Both the position numbers and the translations under genes were made by a program. A stretch of DNA of 64,000 nt. Origin: the human T2T-CHM13v2.0 reference genome, Homo sapiens. Shown one piece after another: positions 49,968 through 64,000 of the stretch; position 1 is the first letter of the stretch; each line of letters starts with the position of its first letter. A model generated the notes under the pieces. The model was not told the origin of the DNA. It did not search any database and worked only from the letters and a program-made list of their open reading frames with translations. The stretch is from assembly GCF_009914755.1 (NCBI RefSeq), contig NC_060930.1. One strand, written 5' to 3'.

Positions 49968-50919
49968 AGAAGACAAACTTCCAAATTGGCAAGGGGGAAG
50001 ATTTCAGGGAGAAATAAAAGTTCAGCTCAGTTACATGAATGTTTGATGTTTATGAAAGGCAAGTAAAGCAAAATGGTGTAAAATGACTGAAAATAAACAT
50101 AATAAACATATGGACAAAAAAGACCTATCAGGTACACACAAAACTGACAGAGAGGCAAAAGTCATATAAGACAATGTAGACTCCCAGCCAAAAAATCACT
50201 AAACAGGGCAAAAAAGATACTTCATATTCTTTAAGATAAAATCCACTAAGAACAATTACACATATTATCTTTAAGGCTGAATTCAACCAAAATCATAATC
50301 ACAGTAAACATCTAACATACTTTGCTTACTAATTTGTTGGCTTTGAGAAAAACAACAAATTAAGGATATAGTATCTTACAACAAATGTGTCAAATCAAAT
50401 AACAGGGAAAGGACAGTTTATCAAAATAAATGTTTTAGGAAAATGTCCAGCAATTTGGAAAAATAAATTTGTAATAGTATGCCATAGCAACCATTTTTAA
50501 AAATCTATATCTATGATAACAGAATGTGTACAAAGAGTATTTTAATAATCTTCCGGTGGAAACCCAGAGGCCGTAAAGGAAAACAACAGCAGAACTGGCA
50601 ACATAAATATTAAAGATTTTTATAAAGCAAAAGCCCCAAGAAACACTAAAGAATAGACTATGAGAAAATACTAGCAAATGGTGAACCAAATCATTAATAG
50701 CCACAATATGTAAAGAGCTATTACAAATCAATTAGAAAAGAGGAACATTTCAACAGAAACCTAAGCAAGGGATATGATCATGCAAGTAAAAACGAATACA
50801 AATGACCAACAAACATACAGATAGTCAACCTCATCAATAAGCAAAGAAATGCAATACTAAAACAATAAAATAGCATTTTTCATCCATAAAATTACTAAAT
50901 ATAAAAAATAATCATTTCA

Positions 50920-51392
50920 TCTTAGCAGGCCTCTCAAGTTTCTGCATATCATATAAGTAGAGGCACTGACGGCCTTTATTTTTTATCTTTTCAGTGGTGT
51001 TTATATAGCAAATAGCCTTGGCAGATAAAGAGATGTCTCCCTCTGGTACAGAGGGCAGGTTTGTTTACCATGTGGGAAAATAAAGATAATGTCTCCCTCT
51101 CTGGCAAAGATCAGACAGCTTTATTTGCAGCCCACTATGAAAGATTCAGGTTCCCTAAACTAAGGACTCCTCTCCTGTAACATAACCTACTTCATCTGCT
51201 AGTGTCACTGGGCTCTTATCACATCACCCTGTGGAAATCAGGGTTCCAGCAAATCAGCATAAGATGATCCTCTGGCTACCGTTCCTGTTGTGCTTTGTCT
51301 CTGAGTCAGGAGTCTCATATTTTCTGCCAGTTTCCATGAAACTGTTAGCTTGCAAGTAGGGTATGATCTCAGATCCTTGACAATTCTTGGCA
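50920..51392. mobile_element. Probable ERV1-class solo LTR (family uncertain)
   Basis: ~470-bp block interrupting an L1M, with internal repeats atgtctccctct (51033, 51089) and LTR-like text. Confidence 0.5.
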
Positions 51393-53789
51393 ATGTGATA
51401 TGGCAAAAGCAATATTTTAACAAATTGTATAAATTTACTCTTACCAACAACTTTTGAGGAGCACTTTGGCAGAATCTCTCATAATTTAACACTTATGTGT
51501 AGCCTCTGACCTAGCAATTCCATATCTTAGGAAATGAACTAACATGCAAACATGACAGTATACAGAATAAACACAAAAATGATCCTTGCAGTTCTGTTTG
51601 TAATAAATTTGGAATAATGCCAACAGGGGACTGGCTAAATAACTTTTGGGTTATTCCTACAATGAAATACCAAAAGACTTACAAAAAAGACAAGATACTA
51701 TTATATGCACTGACACAGAAGGATGTTTATCAATTATTATTAAGTGGAAGCTATAGAAAATTATAGATGGTACACTGCCATTTATGAAACAAAAGTAGAC
51801 TTAAATATATTTATTTTTAAAATCTGCAAGCAGTGATCATCTTTATGGAACAAGGTTACTGGGTAGGTGGGCACACAGCACTTTCACTTCCTCCTTTAAG
51901 GATTTCTGTATTGCTTGATCTTTTTTAAAGAATGCATACATTTATTTCATGGGCTAATAAAGTTTTAAGTGTCCAGTGTAAAATTTATTATATTTTAGAT
52001 ATCCAGTTGTGATGGTAAAATACAAATGGATATGAGGATATCTTCCTCATATCCCAGGGAACACTTCTACAGCCATTTATCTCTTAGATAACCATTTTTC
52101 TCTTAGAAACCAGGTACAGAACATCCTAAATCACAGGTGATGGGGAGAGACACACTACAGTTACTATGACACGGTGCAAAGTCAAAAGGCATGCAGATTT
52201 TTAATCAGGCTGCTTCTCTATGTAACTGTAAGGAGCAACTCTAGTCGCAAGTTCTGAATGAGCAACAGAAGGGATTTATTTACTAACAGTTAATGATTCA
52301 ACTGACCATGGAAAAAGCAAGCTAAAATAAATGAATCTCAATAACTGGCAGGAAAATTTTAAAGGGGGGAGGGAGGCAAGAGGTAAAGAAAGGGAATCAA
52401 CTTGCCCCCACTAAATGTGTTCATTTCAAAAATATTTAGTGATGTCTACAATATGCCAGGCATCGTTCAAATCCCTAGATATTAAAACACATTATAAACC
52501 TAGAGCAATAAGAGCATCACAGAAGCCAGGATCACCACAGGGAGCCAAAGAATACTAGACCGTTCAGAAAGTCCCAAGAATACACGGGAATTTAGGGCCT
52601 ATGGTATTTATAGGACTGATCAGCAGGGAAAAATAGAATTCCAACAAATGATGATGGAGTCACTAACAAAATTATAAAGTTAGAGCCTTCTTATCTCACA
52701 TTAAATATAAATAAGATCATTAACAATACTAGAAGAAAACGGAGGTGGATATTTATATACAATTCATGTAGATAAAGGCCTTTTTTAAAGGACACTGTGT
52801 TAGATCCGCGAAGTTAAGATCGAGAATGTTAACCGCAGCAACATTAAGAGGATGAGACTAACACAGTAAAGAAAGAAGGGGCAGTTTTTGTTAACTGACC
52901 ATATGTGCAAGTACCATATGTACCATTGTACAGAGTACTATAATCGCATTATTTCATCACGGCGTGAGTAAAGAAATTATCCATCTTACAATGAGTTGAC
53001 TTATCTGATTTTCAAATAACAGAAGGGAAGAGTTTGAAAATGCAGAGTTCAGAAAAGCCAACTTTTGGCGCAGAAGTTTAAAACAAAGTTAGTACTCAGA
53101 ACATAAGTATGGAAAGAAGAATCCAATTCAAGGAACTTTTAGAGTGCCTACTAAAGCATAATGCACATTTCCCTCAAGTCCTTAATCTGATAAAGGACTA
53201 TTGGAGCGCTGATGACTCTGGATGAATCTCTCTCTACTCAACCAACAGATACAATATGCGGTACAGGATAATGGAGGCAGGAAGTGAGCCTGAAAGAAAA
53301 AAATATATACCTATAGCTGAACTTAAGAAACCAAGGAGTGCACGCAAGAACCAGAAAAGGCAGCTTGTGTCTGTGAACAGACCAAAGCAAGCAGAGATCC
53401 CTGCACCTGGTGGTAATGTGCCCTCCGGAGCACAAAGCCAGACGGGCATCCTGCCAACGCAACTACCTGACCACAGGCTTATACCATCTTCACCTTCTAT
53501 AATAGTTATTTGTATACTGTATTTCAATCTGTGAATGCATCTCGAAGGTTTGTGGCAATGATTACTGGGAAATCAAGGAAATCCAAAACCACCCGTTATA
53601 AATATGTCGACAAGGAGGCCAAGTAGATGGTCATCATCACACTCTAGGGGCACCCCTAAACCTAAACACAGAAACAAGGTTGTAGCTGGGCACCCTGTAG
53701 CAGTCCTGAAGAAAGAAAACAGGCCTGGTTAGGCAAAAACCATCGGATGTCAGAGGGAAATCAAGGCAGCAGGCACAGGAATCACAAGC

Positions 53790-54560
53790 ACAGGCGGGCA
53801 TGTGGCCGACGCGTGGCTGCCGGCGCAGCACTGAGCGCGGGTGTGGGGCGACCCGCAGTCCCCCGCGGTGTAAACAACCCTGAGCCGCGCACACGTCCGA
53901 ACGACGCCTCACAGCCTGCAGGCAGACTGTAGCGTAGAAAGAGCCCGAGGCACGTCAGCAGTTCTCAAGGGCCCCAGCAAGCCCCGCAAGCGTGAAGCGG
54001 AGGCGCGGGGGCGCGGGGCCGCGGGCGGGGAGGGGCGGGCAGCGGGGGCCTCTGCCAGGCGTCCAGACTCCCCAAAGCGCGGAGCTGCGCGCTGGCTCGG
54101 CCCCGGCCCCGCCCCGGCGCCAAAGGAAGAAGACAGAGACCCACGGGAGGGAGAAGTAAAGGAAGGGCCGTACCCTGCAGGGTCCGGGAGAGGCGCGCGC
54201 CGCGGGCTTCACCAGCGACCAGGCAGCGCGAGAAGGCCTGGGTGCGGGGGCGGCTCCCCGACTCTCTAGATGCGGCACAACCGCCGCAAGCCCGGCCTAG
54301 CGCGACCCGGAAGGAAGACGCGGAGGCCGCGAGGAGCGGCGGGCCCGGGGAGGCGGGGCGGAGCCGGGGAGGAGGGGCGGGGCCGCGGGGTTGGGGCGGG
54401 GCCGGGGAGGCGGGGCGGGGCCTGGAGGGAGGCGGGGCGGGGCCAGAAGCAAAGCCGGGCGTTTCTCCCATGGGAGGTGCTCTGGGTCCTACGGACAGCC
54501 CGCTCCCAGGCCAGGGGGAGGAGCTTTCTGCTGGCTTCCTAGCTCCAGTGGTGCCCGTGT
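53790..54560. promoter_or_regulatory. CpG island / FBXL4 promoter
   Basis: Abrupt GC- and CpG-dense block in AT-rich surroundings; four perfect GGGGCGGGG Sp/KLF boxes (54374, 54393, 54412, 54434); ETS/GABPA motif CCGGAAG at 54307-54313; no TATA box. Confidence 0.92.
54174..54320 (-). other. FBXL4: FBXL4 non-coding exon 1 (5' end approximate)
   Basis: Lies in the CpG island just downstream (minus sense) of the GC-box cluster; pyrimidine-rich CTTCCTTCCGG start region; donor AGG|GTACGG at 54173-54172; contains no AUG. Confidence 0.75.
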
Positions 54561-54777
54561 AAAGGGCCTAGGTCATACACAGCGGGTAGTGTCTACAAAT
54601 CCTCTTCGGAATAATCCCTTCCGAGTACCGGCTCGCCATGTGTAGTGTGGTCCTACAAGGACTTCTTCAGTCCAGACTTGGTGGATCAGATGATACATAG
54701 GTAATACGGCTGGTACGCATACGTAGAGGAAAAGTATAATATACATTATATGCACTCTGAAGGTATAATTCACCTAG

Positions 54778-55229
<452 letters not shown>

Positions 55230-55424
55230 TTGGCACTTTTTTTAGTTTGCATCATATTTATCTTGTTACAAAATATCCACTAAGATGGAAAATATTTAAT
55301 AAAATGTTGAACTACACATTATTTGCTGTCTGAATGCTCCAATGAGGCAAACCAGTAAGGATATTTACTTATATATGAACAGAATCAATATATGATATGC
55401 AATATACATTGTATACAAAAAAAT

Positions 55425-58400
55425 TAAAATTTTTATTTTCTTCAACTTTTTGATGCATAATAGCTGTACATATTTTCAGGGTATATGTGATAATTTGATT
55501 CATTTCTGTAATCAAATCAGCATAACTGGGTTACTCATCCCCTTAAATATTTATCTTTTCTTTGTGCTAGGAACATTCAAATTGTTCTCTTCTGGCTATT
55601 TTGACATGTACTATTGATAAATGTTAGCTGTAGTCACCCTACTGATCTATGGAACACCGGGTCTTATTTCTTCTAAGTGTATGTTTCTTCTAAGTGTATG
55701 TTTACCTCCCCTTGCTCCCCCATGGCCCACCCCCCCAATACTTCTCAGTCTCTGAGATCCACTTTCTGAACTCCCACATATGAGTGAGAACATGCATTAT
55801 TTGCCTTTCTGTGCTTGGCTTATTTCACTCATCATAATGACCTCCAGTTCTATCCATGTTTGTTGCAAATAAAAGGATTTTGTGGAGGGTTTTATGGCTG
55901 AATAATATTCTATTGTGTATATGTACCCCATTTTCTTTATCCATTCATCTGTTGCGCGGACACTTAGGTCAATTCTAAATCTTGGCTATTGTAAATAGTG
56001 CTGCAATAAACATAGAAGTGCAGATATCTCTTTGATATATGTATTTCCTTTCTGTTGGATCTATACCCAATAGTAGAATTGCTGAATCATATAGTAGTTC
56101 TATTTTTAGTTTTTTGAAGAATCTTCAAACAGTTTTTCACAGTGGCTCTAGTAATATTCATTCCTGCCAACAGTGCACACGGGTTCCCCTTTCTCCACAT
56201 TCTCACCAGTATCTTTTGTTCCTGGCTTTTTTTTTTTTTTTTTTTTTTTGATAAAAGCCATTCTCACTGGGGTGAGATATCTCATTGTTTTGATTTGCAT
56301 TTATCTGATGATTAGTGATAAGGAGCATTTTTTCATATACCAGTTGGCCATTTGTATGTCTTCTTTTGAGAAATGCCTGTTCAGATCTTCTGCCCATTTT
56401 TTAATTGGATTATTTGTTTTTGTTTTTGTTTTTGTTTTTGCTTTCCTATTGAGTTGTTTGAGCTCCTTATATAAAATATTCTGGTTATTAATCCCTTGTT
56501 AAATAAATAGTTTGCAAATATTTTCTCCCATTCTGTGGGTTGTCTCTTCACTTGATTGTTTCCTTTGCTATGCAGAAGCTTTTAAGCTTGATGTTATCCC
56601 ATTTGTCTATTTTCACTTTTGTTGCCTATGTGTTTCAGATCTTAACCAAAAAGATAAGATCTTGCCCAGACTTATGTCATGGAGACTTTTCCCTATGCTT
56701 TCTTCTAGAAGTTTCATAGTTTTGGGTCTTAAATTTAAGCCTTTAATCCATTTTGACTTGACTTTTCTATATGGTGAGAGATAAGGTTCTAATTTCATTT
56801 TTCTGCGTGTGGACATTAGTTTTTGCCAACACTGTTGAACAGACTGTCCTTTCTCCATTGTGTGTTCTTGGCACCTTTTGTAAAAAAAGCAATTGACCAT
56901 AGATGTGTGGCTTTATTTCTGGCCTCTATATTCTGTTCCATTAGTTAATGTGTCTGTTTTTATGCCACTACCATGCTGTTTCGATTGCTATAGCTTTGTA
57001 ATATATTTTGAAGTGACGTATTGTGATGACTTCAGCTTTATTCTTTTTGCTCAACATTGTTTTCTCTATCCAGGATTTTCTGTGGTTCCATACAAATTTT
57101 AGGATTTTTTTTTCTATTTCTGGGAAGAACATCATTGATATATTGTTAGAGACTGCATTGAATATGTAGATTGCTTTGGGTAGGTATGGACATTTTAACT
57201 ATTCCTCCAATCCATAAACACAGAATATCTTTCCATTTTTTGCATCTTCTCTAATTTCTTTCATCAAGGTTTTATAGTTTGAGTGTACAGATCTTTCACC
57301 TCCTTGGTTAAATTTATTCCTAAGTATTTTATTTTATGGGTTGTTTTTGTAGTCATTGTAAGTGGAATTGTTTTCTTGATGTCTTTTTCAAATAGTGTGC
57401 TTTCTGTGTATAGAAATGCTACTGATTTTTGTATGTTGATTTTACATCCTGCAAACTTACTAAATTTATTATAACAGTTTTTTTTAGTAAAGTCTTTAGG
57501 TTTTTCTATATATATAAGGTCATATCATCTGCAAACAAGGACCGTTTAACTTCTATACAATTTAGATGCCTTATTTTTTTCTTACCTAACTGCTCTAGCT
57601 AGGATTGCCAGTACTATGTTGAATAGAAGTGAGAAAGCGGGCATCCTTGTCTTGTTCTGGTTCTTAGAGGAAAAGCATTCAACTTTTGTCTATTCAGTGT
57701 ATTAGCTGTTGGGGACTTGTCATATATGGCCTTTATTGTACTGAAGTACATTCCTTTTATACCTAATTCATTGAGCTTTTATCAGAGAAAAATAACGAAT
57801 TGTGTCAAATGTTTTTCTGTATCTATTGAAATGATCAATGTGGTTTTTGTCCTTCATTCTGTTAAAGTGATGTATCACATTTATTAATTTGCTTTATGTT
57901 GAATCATTCTTGCATGTCTGCTATGAATCCTTCTTGACCATCGTTAGTGATCTCTTTTGTTGAAGATTTTTGCATTTATATTCATCAGGGATACTGGCCT
58001 ATAAGCTTTGTTTTTTTGTTGTGTCCTTGCCTGATTTTGCTATCAGGGTAATGCCTGCCCCATAGAATGACCTTGGCAGTATTTCCCCCTCTTCAGTTTT
58101 TTGGAAGAGTTTGAGAAGAATTGCAATTTGTTATTTAAATGTTTGGTAGAAGTAAAGCCATCATGTCCTGGGCTTTTCTTTAATAGGAGACCTTTTATAC
58201 TAATTCAATCTGCCACTTGTTACTGATTTGTTCACATTTTCTATAGCTTCATGATTCAGTATTGGTAGGTTGTATGTGTCCAGAAATTTATCCATTTCTT
58301 CTGGGTTACCAAATTTGTTGGCATATCATTGTTCCTAATAGTTTCTTATGATCTTTATATTCCTCTGGTATCAGTTGTAATGTCTCCTTTTTTATCTCTG

Positions 58401-58480
58401 ATTTTGTTTATTTGGGTCATTTCTCATTTTTTCTTAGTCTGGCTAATGGTTTGTCGATTTTACTTATCTTTTCAAAAAAT
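55425..58480 (-). mobile_element. Old L1 (L1MA/L1PB-type), ~3-kb 3' fragment
   Basis: Degenerate ORF2 peptides on the minus strand (e.g. KLEPYLSPYRKVKSKWIKGLNLRP) and an L1MA-type 3'UTR near 55450-56000. Confidence 0.85.
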
Positions 58481-58484
58481 CTAA

Positions 58485-59365
58485 TATGATATTTTGAATG
58501 AAATCCTGGAACAGAAAAAGGACGTTAGTAGAAAAACTAGTGAAATTAGAATGAAGAGTAGAATTTATTTAATAATAACACACCAGTGCTGATTTCTTAG
58601 TTGTAATAAACATACTATTGTAACATGAGCTCTTAACAATAAGGGGAAACTAGATGAGTGATGTATGGAACTCTCTGTATTGTCATTGCAATTCTTCTGT
58701 AAATGTCAGTCTATTCACTGCAACTTTTCTGTAAATCTAAATCTATTGTAAAATTAAAACTGGATTAAAAAATAATATAATAAGTAAATAAGACTGATCT
58801 GTTTATGGTTGCTGGTGAGACTTCATTGATTTGATAAGCATCAACTCAATGCTCAAATTCAGTCTAACAGTGGTTTCTTAATCCTAGATAACTTCTAAAT
58901 AAGTTTTTATTTAAGTATAAAGTATATTCAGAAAAGAATGCAAAAGATGAGTGTACATACCCTTGTATTCACCATTCAGACAAAAAAGTAGATAATCACC
59001 AGTACTCAGAAACCTCCCAGATTCTCTCCTAAATCTCTTCTCCTTACTCCTGCCCAAAGGTAACCTGAATTCTAACACCAGAGATTAATTTTCCTAAGTT
59101 TTGTCCTTTAGGTAGATGGGATCATACATTACACACTCTTTTGAGTCTGGCTTCTTTCTCACAACATTAGCTTTGTGAGGGTTATTCATGTTGTCAAGTG
59201 TAGTGATAGTTTCTTGAGTTTCTATTACATAAATATACCATAATTTATTTATCTATTCTACTCTTGATAGACATTGAGCTGTTTTTAGTTTTGATTATTG
59301 TAAGCAATGCTGCTATTAACATTCTTGTTCTTATCTTTTGGGTGCCTATCTGTTGCATTTCCCTC
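58485..59365. mobile_element. Old L1M (L1MC/L1ME-type) 3' fragments
   Basis: ggaacagaaaaaggacgttag...gaactctctgtattgtc (plus) and ggcttctttctcacaacatt...tgctattaacattcttg (minus) match ancient L1 3'UTR motifs. Confidence 0.55.
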
Positions 59366-60444
59366 CATACATTTTCATCTCTTTAATGTTTAAGAGATGT
59401 GGAAGTTGGTGCTATTATTTATTTAGTTTTTTTGCTTAGCTTTGTTTGTAATGGCACTTTAAGTACTGCTTAGAAATAAAAAGTTCTTATTTAAAGAAAG
59501 GAAAAGCCTAGGGGAATGTTAGATTTCTGTGACTAGATAGAATTTTGGTCATCATTGTTCAATCTACCCTTCCTCCAACCTTTACATCTCAAGGGCCATG
59601 TTGTTGCCATGCTTTGTTTGCTGGGCAGGAGAGCCAAGTGAGGCCAAAAAAAAAAAAAAAAGGGTGATGCTTATCAGTTAGTGATGGCCCTGATTTAATG
59701 GGTGAACTAATGCCTCGTTATTAAATGGAATGTTGTTTGGAAATGAATAGCATCCCACGCTGTAACAGCACTATCACAAATAAAGAAAGTCCCAACAAGG
59801 CTTAATTGTGCATAAAGTCACCAACTCAGCAAGCTAGTTATGATCTATTCTATGTGAGCTTCAAAAGTTGCAATGTTCTACTCAGATGGGGAGGCGGGCA
59901 AAAAAAGCAGCAGGTTCAAAACTCTTCTTTGTCCCTAACTCTTGAAACACTCACCATCATCCCCTTTACTATTTTCAAGTAATTTTTCTTTATCTTAAAA
60001 TAAAATGTCTACCAATTATTAACTTTCAGGATTGTAAGTATGCATGACAATGTCAGAGGGCAGAGAATCAGAACATTGCAGAGGGCCAAAAATGTCTTCA
60101 CAGTAAGTCCCTTTGGTTTTCTATCATTGATTTCTAAGAAAGTTCTTCTCTCAAGTCAAGGCCTTTCAGAAAATGCAACTCCATATATTTTCTACATAAC
60201 TCCACTAAAATAATTTATCCTTCTGTGAAATCTTAGGTTAACTAGTTTGCTGGAAAGTAGAGTTCAGTCAATCATATTAGTTCAAGATTTTTAATATCCC
60301 AGTGGCCAAAGAGCATGAATAGTAGCCAGTAGGACTAATTTTGTAGTCTACTTTTTTCTTTAACCTCTTATCGTCCATAAAAAGGTTCCACTTAATATTT
60401 ATTAATCTAGAAATAGTCACTGTTTTTAAAAAGAAAACCATAAT

Positions 60445-61082
<638 letters not shown>

Positions 61083-61119
61083 TAGAATTTCAAAGAAGAA
61101 GCCCAAATCCATGGAGTCC

Positions 61120-61790
61120 AAATTCTTTTTATTATAGATGAGGAAACTGAGGCTTGGAGAGACAAAATGAATTCCCCAAATCAGAGTGACAGAGCTGTCA
61201 ATGAAATCTAGTTCTGTGACTTTAAATCCAGAAATTTGGGTTTTTTTAATGATGTCATATTTCTTTACACTTCAATAAACTTAACTAAATATGCTCCCAT
61301 ATTACCATAACCTTGAAGTAGCTGAATATAATAGAAGGAAAAATTGAGCTTGGAAGTAGGAAGACCTGCTATCCAGCTCTGCCATTTTAGTAGTTCTGTG
61401 ATCCTAGATAAGTTGCAACTTCTCTGAGTTTTCTTGCTTTTATGAAACGTTCCTAACTCACAGGTACTGGAGAGATTTAAAAGAGATCATATATATGAAA
61501 GTACTTTGTGAGCTACAAGGTAGTATGCAAATGTGTGAATTTTATTAATATTTATTAAAACATGTGGAAGATCAGTAATTGAGCCTTTCCAACACAAAAT
61601 GTCAGAATAGAACCTTCAAGTTCATTCTAGTCTAACCCTTTTAATTGTCACCGGAAGAAAGAAAAGCCTAGAAAGACTGGATGACTTACCCAAAGATTTG
61701 TGACAAGTTGCTTGCAAAGTGAAGACTTGAATGTAGGTCTCTTAACTTGCAGCTTACACTGAACAATTTCTAATATCCTTAATAAGTGAA
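61120..61790. mobile_element. MIR cluster (about three fragments)
   Basis: tatagatgaggaaactgaggct core (61133); agacctg...cagctctgcca...ttctctgag (61361); gatgacttacccaaag (61680). Confidence 0.6.
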
Positions 61791-63086
61791 TACCAATTAC
61801 AAGATTATTTAAAATAATATGATAAAACTTAAAACTGACTTTACACAGGCCTACAAGCAATATCTTGAAATATATTTAAAAAACAAAAGCCTTTCTAATT
61901 TGTTCTGTTTATGCTGTTTTGATTTGATTTGTCCCTTTTTCTGTAGCCTGGGTTATATACTCAAAAACTTAGCATTAATCAAGATTGTCAGTGGTCAGGA
62001 GTAATGCAGGAGAAATACTACCTAGAGACAAAGGACCAAAGAGCCCTCTTCCTGAGGTAACTTTACACCTACCAACAGCTAGGAAAACGAAGCTTATGGC
62101 CAGGGCCTTGGGTAAGCTCAACTGAGGCTACAATTCCTTTCCTCCCTACTTTTTCCTTTTTTAAGTGGAGTTGCTTTTGAAAGAGCTCCTGTGTATCTGT
62201 ATTAGGCAGGTGCCTGTGGTCTGTTCATAGGGTGACGTGGTAATCTATAGAAAAACAAGGATTTTCTGTCCATACAGGTAACTCAAAAGCGACAAGTGAT
62301 TATCTGAGAGTTTCAACATGAATGTTCCATATAATTCAAGGTCTTCAATGTCTTGCAATTATTTTGTCCTCTGTGGAAGACTTGAGGGGGCTGGATTATC
62401 CAGATAAACTCTGGATTTTTTATATACATGGATTTTTTATATACATTTTATACATGCCCTTGCACAACTGTTAATGTTCCTTCCCCATGTTAACACAAAC
62501 TGTGAATTTAAAACAAAAAATGGAAGATAATGCTTTCCTGGGTTACCCATCTCCTTTGAAACATACAAAAGTGAATCCTGTTCTTGTTATTGAGCCATAA
62601 ATATATTTCCCCTTATGCTTAATATTTAAGTAATATAATGTACATAGTAAATACAAATGACTCAAGAATAATTTGTGTATTTCAAAATTAAATAATTATA
62701 ATAATTAATGAGACTGTATTATAAAGTTTTCCCCAAACCCAGTACCCTTCAATAATGCATTTCCTTCATCTGGCAGCCCTATATCTCTCCTGAATAATTT
62801 GTGAAAGGAAAAAGGTAATCTGATAAGAGGCTCCCTAAAAGCGCATCTTTAAATATCATCCTTTGTGATACTATAACTGTTAAGGGGTTTCTTGGTCAGA
62901 TTTTTCAGTGCCTTGTTGGGAAAAATTCCTCTGTTTCAAAGTCATTTAAAAAGAAATAAAGAAAATGATTTTTAAAATATGCTTTCCCTTCTTTTCTTCT
63001 GGTTATACATTGGTAGAAGGTCTCTAGAATTTTGAGGTGCAAATGCCTTTGCCTCTTTAATGTGCTGATCAAAAATGTGACCAAGC

Positions 63087-63825
63087 ATTAGAGAAATGCA
63101 AATCAAAACCACAATGAGATGCCATCTCATGCCAATTAGAACGGCGATCATTAAAAAGTCAAGAAACAACAGATGCTGGAGAGGGTGTGGAGAAATAGGA
63201 ACACTTTTATGCTGTTGGTGGGAGTGTAAATTAGTTCAACCATTGTGGAAGACAGTGTGGCGATTCCTCAAGGATCTAGAACCAGAAATACCATTTGACC
63301 CAGCAATCCCATTACTGGGTACATAACCAAAGGATTATAAATCATTCTACTATAAAGACACATGCACAAGTATGTTTATTGCAGCACTATTCACAATAGC
63401 AAAGACTTGGAACCAACCCAAATGCCCATCAATGATAGACTGGATAAAGAAAATGTGGCACATATACACAATGGAATACTATGCAGCCATAAAAAGGATG
63501 AGTTCATGTCTTTTGCAGGGACATGGATGAAGCTGGAAACCATCATTCTCAGCAAACTGACACAGGAACAGAAAACCAAACACCACATGTTCTCATCCAT
63601 AAGTGGGAGTTGAACAATAAGAACACCTAGACACAGGGAGGGGAACATCATACACTGGGGCCTGTCAGGGGGTGGGGGTGTTGGTAGGGATGGCATTAGG
63701 AGAAATAGCTAATGTAAATGACAGGCTGATGGTTGCAGCAAACCACCATGGCACATGTATACCTATGTAACAAACCTGCACGTTCTGCACATGTATCCCA
63801 GAACTTCAAGCATAATAATAAAAAA
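63087..63825 (+). mobile_element. 5'-truncated L1PA 3' end
   Basis: [11 protein letters not shown]...HMFS ORF2 C-terminus, 3'UTR and A-tail; TSD aaaaatgt(g/a)accaag. Confidence 0.9.
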
Positions 63826-64000
63826 AATGTAACCAAGGATAAATAAAGCTCCTTATTATACATCATTCTCTTACTATTTTTTTCTTGCTTATCATTTCAG
63901 CCTTTAATGGTAAGAAATTTGATTGCTTTAGAGTAGCGGTCTTTTCCTCCAAAACAGATGACTCACAAAGCAAGCCACTAGGATTACAAGAGGATGATAA

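Noticed and set aside
53637-54645. Several 84-168 aa ORFs on both strands in the CpG island
   Set aside because: These are Pro/Gly/Ala/Arg low-complexity translations expected from stop-poor GC-rich DNA, with no recognisable domain.

Overview
This is human-type genomic DNA: it carries a near-consensus AluYb8, a human-specific subfamily. The window holds the 5' two-thirds of FBXL4, the SCF F-box/LRR substrate receptor that restrains BNIP3/NIX mitophagy, on the minus strand. From right to left it has a CpG-island promoter (~53.8-54.6 kb), three non-coding 5' exons (54174-~54320, 41129-41246, 34072-34189) and four coding exons (32844-33355, 23743-24088, 11795-12039, 5637-5850) encoding codons 1-439. 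The gene continues beyond position 1. The rest is intronic or upstream sequence rich in Alu, L1, L2/MIR, LTR and Tigger elements. The main observations are: (1) A full-length L1PA3-type element lies antisense in the intron that splits the F-box. It has intact ORF1, an extended 128-codon ORF0 with phase-0 donors in frame with the next FBXL4 exon, and an antisense poly(A) signal, which together make a 'gene-breaking' layout. (2) A 118-nt AUG-rich 5'UTR exon starts with a recursive-splice-type AG|GTAAAA and converts a 13-aa uORF into a 101-aa ORF overlapping the FBXL4 start. (3) There is an unexplained ~134-bp inverted repeat at 27.9/29.0 kb with a 45-bp perfect core. (4) Several candidate poison exons, nested insertions and an inverted Tigger2/Tigger2a pair are also present. 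All functional interpretations are sequence-based inferences, and repeat subfamily calls were made by eye without RepeatMasker.
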